A stretch of DNA of 64,000 nucleotides from Chlorobiaceae bacterium (GTDB taxonomy: Bacteria; Bacteroidota; Chlorobiia; Chlorobiales; Chlorobiaceae): the NCBI GenBank assembly GCA_037143555.1, contig JBAWYL010000011.1, forward strand, positions 6,372 to 70,371, written 5' to 3'. A program made the translations under genes and the position numbers. Below, one piece after another: positions 18,602 through 29,610 of this stretch (position 1 is its first letter; each line of letters begins with the position of its first letter). A model generated the notes under the pieces. It was not told the DNA's origin. It worked only from the letters and a program-made list of their open reading frames with translations, and made no database searches.

Positions 18602-20212
18602 TCACCGGTTGAGCAGCTTCTTTATCAGTTCAAGCAGTTCACTCTTGTTGATTGGCTTGGTGATGAAACCGTCGCATCCGGCCTTTTCAGCTTTTTCCCG
18701 CTCTTCCAGTGAACAATACGCCGTTTGTCCGATAACCGGCAGTTCAGGACGGAGCTGCTTGATCCGGCAAGTTGCATCATAACCGTTTATCACCGGCATA
18801 TTGATGTCCATAAGGACAAGATTGATTTCCGGATGATTTGCCGTCAGCTCTACGGCAGCCAGGCCGTTATCGGCCGATATGACGGTCATGTTTTCCTTGT
18901 TCAGAATCGCTTTCATCAACAGAGCGCTCACCATGTCATCTTCAGCCAGAAGAACTGTTATTCCTGCTGCAGCTTTTGCCTGTTCCTCTGTAATTGGTGA
19001 ATGTAGCGTGTCTGGTGGATTATAGGGCAGCGTGAAAAAGAACCTGCTTCCCTTGCCCTCTTCCGATTCGACACCGATAGTGCCGCCAAGCAGTGAAGTC
19101 AATGATTTCGCAATGTTCAGTCCCAGACCGGCCCCTTCGCTGTCCCCGATTGCGCGGTTATCAACCTGATGGAATCGATCGAAAATCTTCTCTTGCATAG
19201 CTTCAGGAATCCCGCATCCTGAATCAGCACAATAAAGCTCAAGCATGTTCTCCTTTCTGGCATAACCGATATGTATGCCTCCGGAATTTGTGAACTTCAG
19301 TGCATTATGGATGATGTTTGTCAATATCTGACCTACTCTTAAGCCATCGGTTTCAATGACGCTTTCACTGTCCGAAAGTTCTGTCGTACAGTCAAAATAC
19401 AACCCCTTTTTTTTCGTTTGGACCTCGAAAAAAGCATGAAGATCCCGAAGAAGCTTGTTGATCGTTGTTTGAGTGAACTGCAGTTTTATCTGCTCGGCCT
19501 CAATGCGTGAAATATCGATGAGATCGTTGACAAGATGCAGCAGGCGCTCGCTTCCTTGATGGATAAGATCGATATATTTTGAGAGTTCATCTTTGGTGCA
19601 TTCGGGCTCTTTCAGCAGTTTCGATAAGCCCATTATGCCATGTATCGGAGACCGTAATTCGTGGCTGACATTGCTGAGAAACGTTGATATTATACGGTTC
19701 TCATCCATTTTAGCATGTTTGCGCTCCGTAATATCCGACAGAATAACCCGGCATTCATAAGAAATGTCACTCATGACAGCATCAATCCGAAAGCAATGAC
19801 AAGGAGGAGAGTGTTCGAGTATATCCGTAACAGAAGGTAAAAGAATAACCTCACAATGTGCGGGCACTCTCCTGATGAAAACATTATCAAGCAATGAATC
19901 AATGGCATGATAGTCTTCAGCCGCAGCAAATGTTTTGAATTGAATGCCTTGCAGCAACCGGTATTCTGCCCCGAACATTCTCTTTGCGGTCAGGTTCGCC
20001 TCTATAATTCTGCCGTCACGGGTAAGAGTGAGATAGCCTAAAGGGGCAGAGTAATAAAGCTCGGTATACCGGGAGAGACTCTCCTCCAGCTCCTTTAGCT
20101 GATGCTCAAGCTCGGTCTGGTGAAGAGAGAGCTCCTGGATTATCCGGAACATTACCTCCGGCGTAAGGTGAATATTCTCTTTGCTCATTTCATCGAGCTG
20201 CGATTTCATCAT
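18602..20212 (-). CDS. Hybrid sensor kinase (PAS-HisKA-HATPase-REC)
   Basis: FLSNVSHELRSP, NALKFT, GAGLGLNIA and receiver LAEDD...LMDINMP motifs. The start is uncertain (20242, 20212 or 20188). Confidence 0.88.
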   Translation of the reverse strand: MMKSQLDEMSKENIHLTPEVMFRIIQELSLHQTELEHQLKELEESLSRYTELYYSAPLGYLTLTRDGRIIEANLTAKRMFGAEYRLLQGIQFKTFAAAEDYHAIDSLLDNVFIRRVPAHCEVILLPSVTDILEHSPPCHCFRIDAVMSDISYECRVILSDITERKHAKMDENRIISTFLSNVSHELRSPIHGIMGLSKLLKEPECTKDELSKYIDLIHQGSERLLHLVNDLIDISRIEAEQIKLQFTQTTINKLLRDLHAFFEVQTKKKGLYFDCTTELSDSESVIETDGLRVGQILTNIIHNALKFTNSGGIHIGYARKENMLELYCADSGCGIPEAMQEKIFDRFHQVDNRAIGDSEGAGLGLNIAKSLTSLLGGTIGVESEEGKGSRFFFTLPYNPPDTLHSPITEEQAKAAAGITVLLAEDDMVSALLMKAILNKENMTVISADNGLAAVELTANHPEINLVLMDINMPVINGYDATCRIKQLRPELPVIGQTAYCSLEEREKAEKAGCDGFITKPINKSELLELIKKLLNR

Positions 20213-20511
20213 GGGGGGAGCATTTGTATTGTTACAACGCAAAATGAAAAACCAACTCGCACAAAATTATTATAACAATGCTTACGGGCGAAGGCCGCAG
20301 CAGCCTCTATAGGAGGAATGAAGAAAAATCTCTTTAGGATCGGGGTCTGAAAAAAGGACAAAAAAATAACAGTATTTACTTGCTACTATAATACTTTTTT
20401 TTCCCATAAAAACAAATTTTTCCGGATTGTCAGGGGATACTGCGTCATAAAGCGCCTTGCAGATCCTCGCGGCAAGACAAGGTATAACGGCCGTCATAAA
20501 AAAATGTTTAA

Positions 20512-21846
20512 TCAACGATGATCTGTCATTGATGTGCAGGGGATTTCCTGCAAGGATTTTTCCTTGACAAACGATCTTGATTTTTCAGCAATGGCGGCAG
20601 ATTCTAATTGAAATGCTTCATTGCTGTTATTAAACTTTTTCATCATTGACAATAAGACCTCATACATTGCTGTCTCCGAATCGTAGGTGTATCCGCCTCC
20701 TATGATATCAACAATTTCAGCAGGTCCGGCCACAGTATAGACAATCGGCACACAACCGCATAGCGTCGCTTCTAAAACGGTTATTCCGAAATGTTCAAAA
20801 TTTTCAGGGCGCCTTGACTCGTTCTGACCTAATCCAGCCGCATGAAGGTAAAAGGCTGATTTTTGAAATAACCTGTCCAGTTTATCTCTGTGTATGTTTG
20901 GGAGTATTTCAATATTCAATCCAGTTGCCTCAGAAACAATCTGATTATAATAGGCTGTTTGAGATTCACTGCCCATTTCAAGTCCACCTGCGATGAAAAG
21001 TTTCCATTCGTTCATTTCAGGATTATCAGCGACGACTTTCTTGAATATCTGTACTATTTGCAACTGGTTTTTGCAGTGCCCCCCCTTGAAAAAACGACCT
21101 ACAGAAAGAATGGTTTTATCTTTATTGCCTACGTTAACGTCCATTTTGTAACGTAGCATTCTTATCGGATAGACGATATCACCCTTTATGTTTTTTCCCC
21201 AGAATTTATAAGCCCATTTTTTTGTGTATTCCGAGTTGAATAAAAAAAAATAGGAGGTTAAAAGAGCTTTACTCAAATTTCTGTGCGGAAAATTTACAAT
21301 ATATAACGATATGTTGGCGAGGCTGTTAAGGTTTGATTTGTGGCACGCATTAATAAAGATATCAAACGACTTGGTGTGTGATGTATTGAAATCATGCATA
21401 ATTAATTTTTTGCATGATGATAAATTAATTTGAAAATGATTTTCTATATCATATAAATCAAAGTCTGTTTCAGCAATTAAATATACGCTGCCCTTTTTTT
21501 CCAGTTCTGATACAAATGAAAGTGCATGGCATTCACCGCCACCCTTGAAACTCCAGGAATCATTATAGATGCCAATTTTCTTTGATGTTTCTGAACTGGA
21601 TACATCGCCATTGAGAAGAACAACATCAAGTTCTTGAGTTGTTATTGCCGATTTAAATGCCTTCCTTTTAACGGATTTAATTCTTTTTTTTATGGAATTC
21701 CCTGTTTTTTTTATCAACCTTTTTATATGCCATATCAAGGTGCTGATCTCTCTTTCACGGGTTTTTAATGTCGCAACAAGATCCGGCGCATATACGCTAT
21801 TGTTACGTTGAGGCGGGCCGGGGTGCAGTTTAATAAGGCATGTCAT
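20512..21846 (-). CDS. Glycosyltransferase family 4 (GT-B), AT-rich orphan
   Basis: KGGGECHA, ILSVGRFF..HCKNQ and EHFGITVLEATLCGCVPIVY (EX7E-type) motifs. Confidence 0.85.
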   Translation of the reverse strand: MTCLIKLHPGPPQRNNSVYAPDLVATLKTREREISTLIWHIKRLIKKTGNSIKKRIKSVKRKAFKSAITTQELDVVLLNGDVSSSETSKKIGIYNDSWSFKGGGECHALSFVSELEKKGSVYLIAETDFDLYDIENHFQINLSSCKKLIMHDFNTSHTKSFDIFINACHKSNLNSLANISLYIVNFPHRNLSKALLTSYFFLFNSEYTKKWAYKFWGKNIKGDIVYPIRMLRYKMDVNVGNKDKTILSVGRFFKGGHCKNQLQIVQIFKKVVADNPEMNEWKLFIAGGLEMGSESQTAYYNQIVSEATGLNIEILPNIHRDKLDRLFQKSAFYLHAAGLGQNESRRPENFEHFGITVLEATLCGCVPIVYTVAGPAEIVDIIGGGYTYDSETAMYEVLLSMMKKFNNSNEAFQLESAAIAEKSRSFVKEKSLQEIPCTSMTDHR

Positions 21847-22054
21847 CAGTCACAGATTTCATTGTTGCCGCAATTTCAAGAGGTTTAACGATTATAGCAT
21901 GAAATTTACCATGTCAGGCGGAGACATTGTAACGTATAATAAAAAAAAGCCTTTCATCACGAAGTCCTTTCAGTACAAAAATACCGGCATAGTCAATATT
22001 TATGAACAGCAATGTCCTGTTGTGTGAAAACCATGAAGCTGTGAGGGTCATCCC

Positions 22055-22963
22055 ATGATTATCAGTGCAAGCAGAAGAAGCGATATACCGGCTTTTTATG
22101 GCGACTGGCTTCTCCATCGTCTGCAGGCTGGAGAGGTGCTTGTGCGCAATCCCATGCAGTCTAAACAGGTTAGCAGGATCTCGCTCTCTCCTGACCAGGT
22201 TGAGGCCATTGTTTTCTGGACAAAAAATCCTGCAAACTTTCTTCCCCGGCTGCCGGAGATTGATCGCCTGGGATATGACTACTATTTTCTCTTTACGCTA
22301 ACGCCCTACGATGCTGCGCTTGAACCCGGAGTCGAGGATAAACATAGCATCATTGAGATTTTCCGGCGGCTTTCTCGTCTTATCGGGCCGGAAAAAGTTG
22401 TATGGCGCTACGATCCTGTTATTCTGACGGATGTTTATACTCCAGCCTGGCACGCGGCCTCGTTTCACAAACTTGCCAAAGAACTCTCCGGTTATACTGA
22501 ACGCTGTATCATCAGTTTTTTTGATGAATACCGCAAGCTCAGGATCCGGATGAGCAATATCTGCTACACTATGCCCGACAAGGTGCTGATGGCGGAAATC
22601 GCAGAAAGGTTTGCCGATTCAGCAGGCCGGACCGGTATTGCACTGTACACTTGCAGCCAGGATATAGACCTTTCTCAATGTGGCATCATGCACAGCCGCT
22701 GTATCGACAGTGATCTTGTCGGTCGCATTACCGGGAGGCCGATAACAGGTGCAAAAAAAGACAGTAAACAACGAAAAAACTGCGGTTGTGTCGAGAGCCG
22801 CGATATCGGCAGCTACAACACCTGCACGCACGGCTGCCTTTACTGTTATGCGGTTACCTCCCATGCAAAAGCATGCACGGCCCGTCAGACTTTCGATCCA
22901 GACTCACCCATGCTCTGTGACACCCTGAAAGGAGATGAAACTATCACCAACACCCGTCAATAA
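22055..22963 (+). CDS. DUF1848 family protein (radical-SAM-like)
   Basis: MIISASRRSDIPAFY, IVFWTKNP, WRYDPVI, CGCVESRDIGSYNTCTHGCLYCYA. Confidence 0.9.
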   Translation: MIISASRRSDIPAFYGDWLLHRLQAGEVLVRNPMQSKQVSRISLSPDQVEAIVFWTKNPANFLPRLPEIDRLGYDYYFLFTLTPYDAALEPGVEDKHSIIEIFRRLSRLIGPEKVVWRYDPVILTDVYTPAWHAASFHKLAKELSGYTERCIISFFDEYRKLRIRMSNICYTMPDKVLMAEIAERFADSAGRTGIALYTCSQDIDLSQCGIMHSRCIDSDLVGRITGRPITGAKKDSKQRKNCGCVESRDIGSYNTCTHGCLYCYAVTSHAKACTARQTFDPDSPMLCDTLKGDETITNTRQ

Positions 22964-23002
22964 TCTTTTTACAGCTCTCCCTGTTGTCCTTTTAGTCCCG
23001 TT

Positions 23003-24238
23003 CTACTTTGGTCTCAACGCCTCCACCGGATTGAGATTTGCTGCTTTCCATGCAGGAAAGAGCCCGAATGTCATACCGATGGCAGAGCAGACCATCATGG
23101 AGACGCTTATCCATATCCAGGGAAATATTGGAGGGAGATTGAATTGCAACGCAACGATATTGCCCGCCACAATACCGACCACAATACCGATAACGCCTCC
23201 TGCTATTGAGAGAAAAATCGACTCAAACAGAAACTGGCGAAGAATGCTTCTTTTGGGTGCCCCGATTGATTTTCTGATGCCGATCTCTCTTGTCCGTTCA
23301 GTCACGCTGACCAGCATGATATTCATGATGCCGACACCCGCTGTCAGAAGGGCCATAAAGCTGATAATGAAGGCGCCGGTACTTATGGCACGCTGTATAT
23401 CTCTGAACGAGTCAATGAGTGATTCGTTTGTTCTGATTTCGAAATCGTTTATATCCTTTACGGTCAAACCCCTTGCAAGCCTCATGGCCCCGATTGCCCG
23501 GTCAATGGCAAGCGGATAGTCTTTTTGTGTAAGAGCCTCAACCGTGATGCTCACGCTGCTCTTTTCGTTGATATGATCAAGATAGCGGGTAATGGGAATG
23601 AGTATGAAATTATCCTGGCTTTGTCCGAATGCGGCCCCTTTTTTATCAAAAACGCCAGTAACGATATAGACCTCTCCGTTGACCTTAATGAATTTGTTCT
23701 GCGGGTTCTCACCTGACCCAAAGAGTGTCGCCGCGAGCTCGCTGCCCAGTACCGCGGTGTTTCTTGCTGATTTGATATCGTTTTGTGTGAGATTGCGGCC
23801 ATTCACAACATTGTAGCCGTTGGATGCAGAAAAGTTTTCATCACCGCCGGTCAACATTACATCGGGATTGGTAGTGCGATTGGCATACTTTGCCAGATTG
23901 GCCTGACTGGAGATGGTGAAGCCGATATTGCGGGCGTATGTTTCCATGCTTTTTTTAAAGAACAGTGCCTGCGGATAGGTGATATCCTTTCTGTTTGCAT
24001 AGATGTTTCGTTTATGACCGCTGCCGAAGACTGTGGCAGGATTTTTTTGAATCTGGAAGGTGTTGGCCCCAAGGCTGGTAAGGCCCGATTCAACGCTTTT
24101 ATCAACGGCATCAAGCGCTGTCATGACGGCTATGATCGAAAAGACACCAACAGCAACACCCATAATGGTAAGCCATGAGCGGAGCCTGTTGACACTCAGA
24201 GAGTAAATCGCCTGGATGACGGTTTCACGCAGCAGCAT
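23003..24238 (-). CDS. MacB/FtsX-like ABC permease
   Basis: LRSWLTIMGVAVGV and GVGIMNIMLVSVTERTREIGIRKSIGA motifs. Confidence 0.92.
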   Translation of the reverse strand: MLLRETVIQAIYSLSVNRLRSWLTIMGVAVGVFSIIAVMTALDAVDKSVESGLTSLGANTFQIQKNPATVFGSGHKRNIYANRKDITYPQALFFKKSMETYARNIGFTISSQANLAKYANRTTNPDVMLTGGDENFSASNGYNVVNGRNLTQNDIKSARNTAVLGSELAATLFGSGENPQNKFIKVNGEVYIVTGVFDKKGAAFGQSQDNFILIPITRYLDHINEKSSVSITVEALTQKDYPLAIDRAIGAMRLARGLTVKDINDFEIRTNESLIDSFRDIQRAISTGAFIISFMALLTAGVGIMNIMLVSVTERTREIGIRKSIGAPKRSILRQFLFESIFLSIAGGVIGIVVGIVAGNIVALQFNLPPIFPWIWISVSMMVCSAIGMTFGLFPAWKAANLNPVEALRPK

Positions 24239-24246
24239 AACCCCTC

Positions 24247-25515
24247 CTATTCATAACGAAGTGAGTCTGCAGGGTCGAGCTTCGAAGCCGTAACGGCAGG
24301 AGCAAGACCTGAGATAATACCGGTAATCACTGAAACGGCAAGACTTGCCAGAACAAGATCAAGGGAGAACTGTATCGGAAAATCAGGTGCAATTTTTTCA
24401 ATGGCAAAGGTAATCAGCAGCGCAGTACAGAGGCCGGTAAATCCTCCGATAAGGCAGATCATCACCGATTCAATAAGAAATTGCAGGAGAATGGTCTGTC
24501 GCCTGGCTCCGAGTGCTTTACGAAGTCCGATCTCTTTTGTGCGCTCCTTTACACTGACGAAGGTAATGTTCATGATACCGATAGCTCCGACAAAAAGCGA
24601 CATGCCGGTAATGAAGATACCTGCGATTGCAATTCCGTTTTTTATTGGGTCAAGCTGGCTTTTGAAGGCTCTCTGTTCATTGATCGAAAAATCTTCCTCC
24701 TTTCCTGCCGGAATCCTGCGGATTCTTCTCATCAGACCGAGCAACTCCTCCTTCGCTTCTGTTACATGTGTCTGCTCTTTTATTTTCACCCTGATTGTTG
24801 TAAACATTTTTTTGCCGTAGATCTTTTCAAAAGCTCCGAGCGGCATGATGATTTGATTGTCAAAACTGAAGAGCCCGAGGAACTTTCCCTGTTTTCTGAA
24901 TATGCCGATAATGCGGCATTTGCCGTTTTTCAGCTGAATGGTTTTGTCCAGAGCAGGTTCATTTGGAAAGAGACCAGTGGCAATATCATCGCCGATAACG
25001 CAGACCATTGCGCTGCTGGCAGATTCAGCAGGTGTAAAGAACCTGCCCATAGTGAGTCCGCCTGAAGCTGTCTGCAGGTACTCATGGTTGGTTCCGAGAG
25101 AAAAGACCTGCTCAAGGATTCGATCCCTGTATTTTGCCGATGCCTGATAGGTAGACATCTGAGGAACCGCAAGGAGAAGTTCAGAGAGAGGGTTGCTCGA
25201 AACAATTCTGTTGATCTGATCGGCATACTCTGTTTTCAGATCCGGACGGTTTCTGTAAAGCCACCATTGCCCCATTGTGCTCCATGATGACTTCTGGACG
25301 TAAATGACATCGTACCCGAGCATGGCAAGGCTTTTATCAAATCCCCGGTCGATACCGTTGATGGCTGTGCCCATCATTGTAATGGCAACAATACCAATGA
25401 TGACACCGAGCGCAGTTAGAAACGAACGTATCTTATTTGCCTTGATCTGGAAAAGAGCCATTTTCAGGCTTTCTGTAGTTTCATAGCGAAACTGTCGGTA
25501 GCTACTCTTCATCAC
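24247..25515 (-). CDS. MacB/FtsX-like ABC permease (second paralog)
   Basis: [13 protein letters not shown] and [28 protein letters not shown] motifs. Confidence 0.92.
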   Translation of the reverse strand: MMKSSYRQFRYETTESLKMALFQIKANKIRSFLTALGVIIGIVAITMMGTAINGIDRGFDKSLAMLGYDVIYVQKSSWSTMGQWWLYRNRPDLKTEYADQINRIVSSNPLSELLLAVPQMSTYQASAKYRDRILEQVFSLGTNHEYLQTASGGLTMGRFFTPAESASSAMVCVIGDDIATGLFPNEPALDKTIQLKNGKCRIIGIFRKQGKFLGLFSFDNQIIMPLGAFEKIYGKKMFTTIRVKIKEQTHVTEAKEELLGLMRRIRRIPAGKEEDFSINEQRAFKSQLDPIKNGIAIAGIFITGMSLFVGAIGIMNITFVSVKERTKEIGLRKALGARRQTILLQFLIESVMICLIGGFTGLCTALLITFAIEKIAPDFPIQFSLDLVLASLAVSVITGIISGLAPAVTASKLDPADSLRYE

Positions 25516-26198
25516 CTGGTGTCGCTTTCGATTTTTCCATCCCTGAGACGGATGACGCGTCGAGTGTAACGGGCAATATCCTCTTCATGGGTAATCAGTA
25601 TAATGGTATTTCCTGCATCGGAAAGCGCTCCGAAGATATCCATGATATCGTGACTGGTCGCGGTGTCAAGGTTTCCCGTAGGTTCGTCGGCAAGAATGAT
25701 TGAAGGCTTGTTAATCAGTGCCCTTGCTATGGCGACTCTTTGAATCTGCCCTCCGGAGAGCTCTGCAGGTTTGTGGGTAATCCGGTCACCGAGACCAACG
25801 TTCACAAGTGCATCCGCTGCCCTCTGTTCTCGTTCTTCAGGCGGTACACCCGCATAGATCAAAGGCAGTTCGACATTACGAAGGCAGTTGAGGCGCGGGA
25901 GAAGGTTGAAGGTCTGAAAAACAAAACCGATCTCCTTGTTTCTGATACGGGCCAGTTCATCATCGTCCATGTCAGCAACATGCTGACCGTTAAGCTCATA
26001 AATACCTGAAGTTGGCGTATCAAGACAGCCGATAATATTCATAAGTGTCGACTTGCCACTGCCTGATGGGCCCATGATAGCAGCATAGTCGTTGCGCATG
26101 AAATCAAGGTTGATCGAGTCGAGTGCCCGCACCTCCTGTTCGCCCATGGTGTAGAATTTACAGAGCGACTGCATGATGATGATAGCCGGTGACGGCAT
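25512..26198 (-). CDS. ABC ATP-binding protein (MacB/LolD-like)
   Basis: [17 protein letters not shown] and [11 protein letters not shown] motifs. Start trimmed to ATG 26198 because the ORF-track extension overlaps the upstream gene. Confidence 0.92.
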   Translation of the reverse strand: MPSPAIIIMQSLCKFYTMGEQEVRALDSINLDFMRNDYAAIMGPSGSGKSTLMNIIGCLDTPTSGIYELNGQHVADMDDDELARIRNKEIGFVFQTFNLLPRLNCLRNVELPLIYAGVPPEEREQRAADALVNVGLGDRITHKPAELSGGQIQRVAIARALINKPSIILADEPTGNLDTATSHDIMDIFGALSDAGNTIILITHEEDIARYTRRVIRLRDGKIESDTR

Positions 26199-26205
26199 GA
26201 CGGCA

Positions 26206-27456
26206 CTAATGTTGCTGCTCTTTGACAAGGCTTCCTTCTTTAAGCTGGCTTGTAATGGCTGTGTAGCTTCCTGAAACAACCTCTTCTCCTTTTGTAACTC
26301 CTTCTGTGATGATAATATGGGTATTGTCTGTTGTTCCGGTTTTGACAGGTCGGAATGATGCTTTACCTGTCTTGATGACAAATACTCCCTGCTGGCTGTC
26401 GGGCGCTTTGGTTTTAGCCGCTATGGTGAGTGACTTTTCAGGCAATTCGTTCTCTTGAGATGTGAACCGGCTTCTGATGGTCACACTTTGAATTGGTACC
26501 ACAAGGGCGTTTTTAACCCGTTGTGATTCAATATCTGCTGTAGCGCTCATGCCAGGTTTAAGCAGGCGGTCATGGTTGAAGATGTGAATCTTGACCGAAA
26601 AATTAGTGACCTCTTCCTGTGTTCCGGTTGCTTTCGAGATGGCTGAATTCGATATTTCATGCACCACTCCCTGGAATATTCGGTCGCCGAAAGCATCGAC
26701 TTTTATGGAAACAGGATTGCCGGGTTTTACATTGATGATATCGTTTTCATTAACCTCAACTTTGACCTGCATACTGTCAAGGTTTGCAAGCCGCAGGACT
26801 TCGGTACCCGGGAACTGACCAGTGCCCACAACACGTTCACCAAGCTTGTTGTTCAAAACGATGATGGAGCCGCTGATTGGAGCCAGCACCACGGTCTTTT
26901 TCAGACGATCCTGATTTGAAACAAGCATGCTCTTGTTCTGTTCTATTGTATGAAGTGAGGACTGGTAGACGGCCCGGGCAGCTTCGGCATTAGTTTTGGA
27001 TGCAAGGTAATCGGATTCAGAAATGAGTTTGTCTTTGAACAGAATCGAGGCCTTGCGGAAATCATCTTCCGATTTGATCTTTTTTGATTGTGACTCAAGG
27101 CTTTGCGATTTTGCTGAATTAAGCTGGGCAAGACTCTGTTCCACCTGATTAATGTAGATGTCTGGCTGAATTTTAAGCAGCAGATCACCTTTTTTTACAA
27201 TCTGTCCATCCTGTATGGGCAATTCGATAATTTCACCAGAGACATCAGGTGAAATGGCAATGACAAGGACAGGCTCTATTTTTCCCGTTGCGGTAACAAT
27301 ATGCACAACCTCTTTTACTGAAACCTTTTCGGTTGTCACCTCGATTGGCTTTTCCCGGAGTGTTATGAACGAAAAGATTGCTCCTCCGGCAATGAGAATT
27401 GCAGCAAGGGTAACCAATATCGATTTGCGGTTCAGCAGTGATTTTTTTTTGCTCAT
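26206..27456 (-). CDS. Efflux membrane fusion protein (MacA-like periplasmic adaptor)
   Basis: [23 protein letters not shown] and [11 protein letters not shown] motifs. Confidence 0.92.
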   Translation of the reverse strand: MSKKKSLLNRKSILVTLAAILIAGGAIFSFITLREKPIEVTTEKVSVKEVVHIVTATGKIEPVLVIAISPDVSGEIIELPIQDGQIVKKGDLLLKIQPDIYINQVEQSLAQLNSAKSQSLESQSKKIKSEDDFRKASILFKDKLISESDYLASKTNAEAARAVYQSSLHTIEQNKSMLVSNQDRLKKTVVLAPISGSIIVLNNKLGERVVGTGQFPGTEVLRLANLDSMQVKVEVNENDIINVKPGNPVSIKVDAFGDRIFQGVVHEISNSAISKATGTQEEVTNFSVKIHIFNHDRLLKPGMSATADIESQRVKNALVVPIQSVTIRSRFTSQENELPEKSLTIAAKTKAPDSQQGVFVIKTGKASFRPVKTGTTDNTHIIITEGVTKGEEVVSGSYTAITSQLKEGSLVKEQQH

Positions 27457-27480
27457 GGATGGCTTGCTTGGATCTGGTTA

Positions 27481-28872
27481 CTATGGTATGGCTATGGTGC
27501 CTGTCGCAAAATCAAGAATGCTCTTTTGAAGCGCCAGATTATAGATGGCCTGAGAAAGATTGGAACGGGCGTTGAAGAAAGAAGCCCTTGCCGAGCTGAG
27601 TTCAACAAAGCCGGTTGCTCCGATTTCATATTTTTTCTTGATGTCTTCAAATGCCGAGCTTGAAGCTGTAAGGCTGACCTTGGATTTTTCGATTTGCATT
27701 AATGCGGAAGCATAGTCATTTGCTGCAAGTTGAAGGTCAAGGACGATATTGTTTTTCAGATCATCATAATCAAGCTTTTGGTTGAAATGGTTTATTTTAG
27801 CCGATTCAACATTGTAGCGTGTTTGAAATCCGTCAAAAATCGACCAGCTGAGATTGAGTGCCACCGAGTATCCTATTGAGTTTCCGAGCTGATCTGAAAG
27901 AGGAGGATAATAATATTCCGTGCTGTACCCGTCGTAGTTCTGGCGCAGGTACCCGGTCCCGCCGGAGCTTGTGCTGACATTAAGATCCAGATGTGGATAC
28001 CAACCTCCCCTGGATTGAGTTATCTGCCATCGTGCAGCTTGTGTGTCCTTCTCCTTGCTTTTCAGGTCGCTTCGCCGTTCAAGGGCGATGGCGACAAGAG
28101 TATCGATATCGGGTTTCAGTAAACGTGCAGCGTTCAGTTCGTTTGAAACAGGTTCGAGAACAAGTTGAGTCAGAGGATCGATTTGCAGGCGGCGCAGCAA
28201 ATCGAGCATACTGCGTTGCATTCGTGTTTCTGCCTGAATGACGCTGAGGCTGCTTTCTGCAGCGGCAGCCTGCTGCTGGTAGAGATCGGTCCTGGATTTC
28301 AGGCCGATTTGAAATTGCCTGTCAGTAAGGGTCAGCTGATCTTTAACCGAGAGAAGGTTTTCCCGGGCAATTTCAAGGAGTTCCTGGTTCAGCAGAACCT
28401 GGTAGTAATTCTGGGTAACATCGTAGACTATGGACTCCAGCGCCCGTGAAAGAGTGTATCCGGCTGCTTGTTCTTTATTGAGAGCTGATTGCAGAGATGC
28501 ATAATCACTGAACCCGTTGAAAAGATTCAGGGAGGTAGTAAGGGTTAGATTAATCGAGCTGTTCTCTGATTTTACTTTGCTTGGCGGAAGGGAAGGATCG
28601 TATTGAACATAGGTTTTGCTGAGCGAATAAGGCGTATAAGAGGGCGAAAACGAAAGCTTTGGAAGAAATTTACCATAATTTCTCAGGACATCAGCACCCT
28701 GCAACGTAAGGGTATATTTCGCTTTTTTGACTGAAGTGGCATTGTTCACCGCTATCTCTATGCAGTTGGCCAGAGAGAGCTTTTTTCCCTTTACTTCGGT
28801 AGCCATGCCGGATAAAGGGTGCGCAATAAACAACGCGATTATGCAGAAAGACAGAAAAAGCCTTACAACCAA
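27481..28872 (-). CDS. TolC-family outer membrane efflux protein
   Basis: Signal peptide, two OEP repeats (LNLFNGFSDYA; WSIFDGFQTRYNVESAK), and its position at the head of the efflux operon. Confidence 0.9.
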   Translation of the reverse strand: MVVRLFLSFCIIALFIAHPLSGMATEVKGKKLSLANCIEIAVNNATSVKKAKYTLTLQGADVLRNYGKFLPKLSFSPSYTPYSLSKTYVQYDPSLPPSKVKSENSSINLTLTTSLNLFNGFSDYASLQSALNKEQAAGYTLSRALESIVYDVTQNYYQVLLNQELLEIARENLLSVKDQLTLTDRQFQIGLKSRTDLYQQQAAAAESSLSVIQAETRMQRSMLDLLRRLQIDPLTQLVLEPVSNELNAARLLKPDIDTLVAIALERRSDLKSKEKDTQAARWQITQSRGGWYPHLDLNVSTSSGGTGYLRQNYDGYSTEYYYPPLSDQLGNSIGYSVALNLSWSIFDGFQTRYNVESAKINHFNQKLDYDDLKNNIVLDLQLAANDYASALMQIEKSKVSLTASSSAFEDIKKKYEIGATGFVELSSARASFFNARSNLSQAIYNLALQKSILDFATGTIAIP

Positions 28873-28989
28873 AATACTGTGTGTTAACCGTTAAAATTGT
28901 CCATTGTTGCTTATAATATAACGACTTCTATACGTTAAGAGAGGTTAAATCGTTCCCTTGCACTGATGCTTGTCTCTGCTTGTACGGTT

Positions 28990-29610
28990 TCAAAGCAGAT
29001 TCAGGAGCGAATCAATCTCTTTTTTATAATGTTCGGCCTTGTCCGGTTTCAGCTGAATGAGAACCGTATAGATTTTTATAGCTTTTTTGTAGGCTCCTTG
29101 CGCTGTGAAAAGGCAGGCAAGGCTCTCTGTGGGAACTGCAATGGCAGTATCGTCTGAAAACGGTTGCTTTTGTTCAAGGATGGAGGTCGGGTCCGAGTTT
29201 TCCGTTGTTTGTACCGGATTAAATGTCATGAGTGCCGCCGTCAGCTTTTCAAGTTCATCGGAAATGGGGTCGAACATGGATGATGGAGTACTGTTTTTAT
29301 CTCCATTTCCTGAAGCTTGAAGGAAGATGAGCTCTTTCCATGCAACCTGGTTAGCCGGCGCAATGGCGCAGCATTTCCTTAAATGTTCTCCGGCAAGTGC
29401 GTGGTTGCTCAGACCCTGGAGAGCTTTTGCATACAGCAGATGAAAAAGATACGAGTCTGAAAAATGGTCGGAAAATGGCTTGAGTTTGTCAATACCCGAC
29501 TGAAAATTATTTCTTGACAGGTCAAGTGAAACCTCCGCAAAAAAAAGATGCGGATTACTGATCATGTCAGTATCATCTCCTTGAGCGGCATCAGTAGGTA
29601 TAAAGGTCAT
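28990..29610 (-). CDS. TPR-like hypothetical protein
   Basis: Helical TPR-like segments and C-terminal [35 protein letters not shown]. It is translationally coupled to ddl. Confidence 0.7.
   Translation of the reverse strand: MTFIPTDAAQGDDTDMISNPHLFFAEVSLDLSRNNFQSGIDKLKPFSDHFSDSYLFHLLYAKALQGLSNHALAGEHLRKCCAIAPANQVAWKELIFLQASGNGDKNSTPSSMFDPISDELEKLTAALMTFNPVQTTENSDPTSILEQKQPFSDDTAIAVPTESLACLFTAQGAYKKAIKIYTVLIQLKPDKAEHYKKEIDSLLNLL

Noticed and set aside
20282-20515. 77-aa TTG-started ORF downstream of the GT4 gene
   Set aside because: It has no recognisable similarity or clear RBS, so I cannot support it as a gene or a remnant.
23003-28872. MacAB-TolC-type cluster with two permeases as a novelty
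   Set aside because: A split ATPase with two permease paralogs is a common arrangement.
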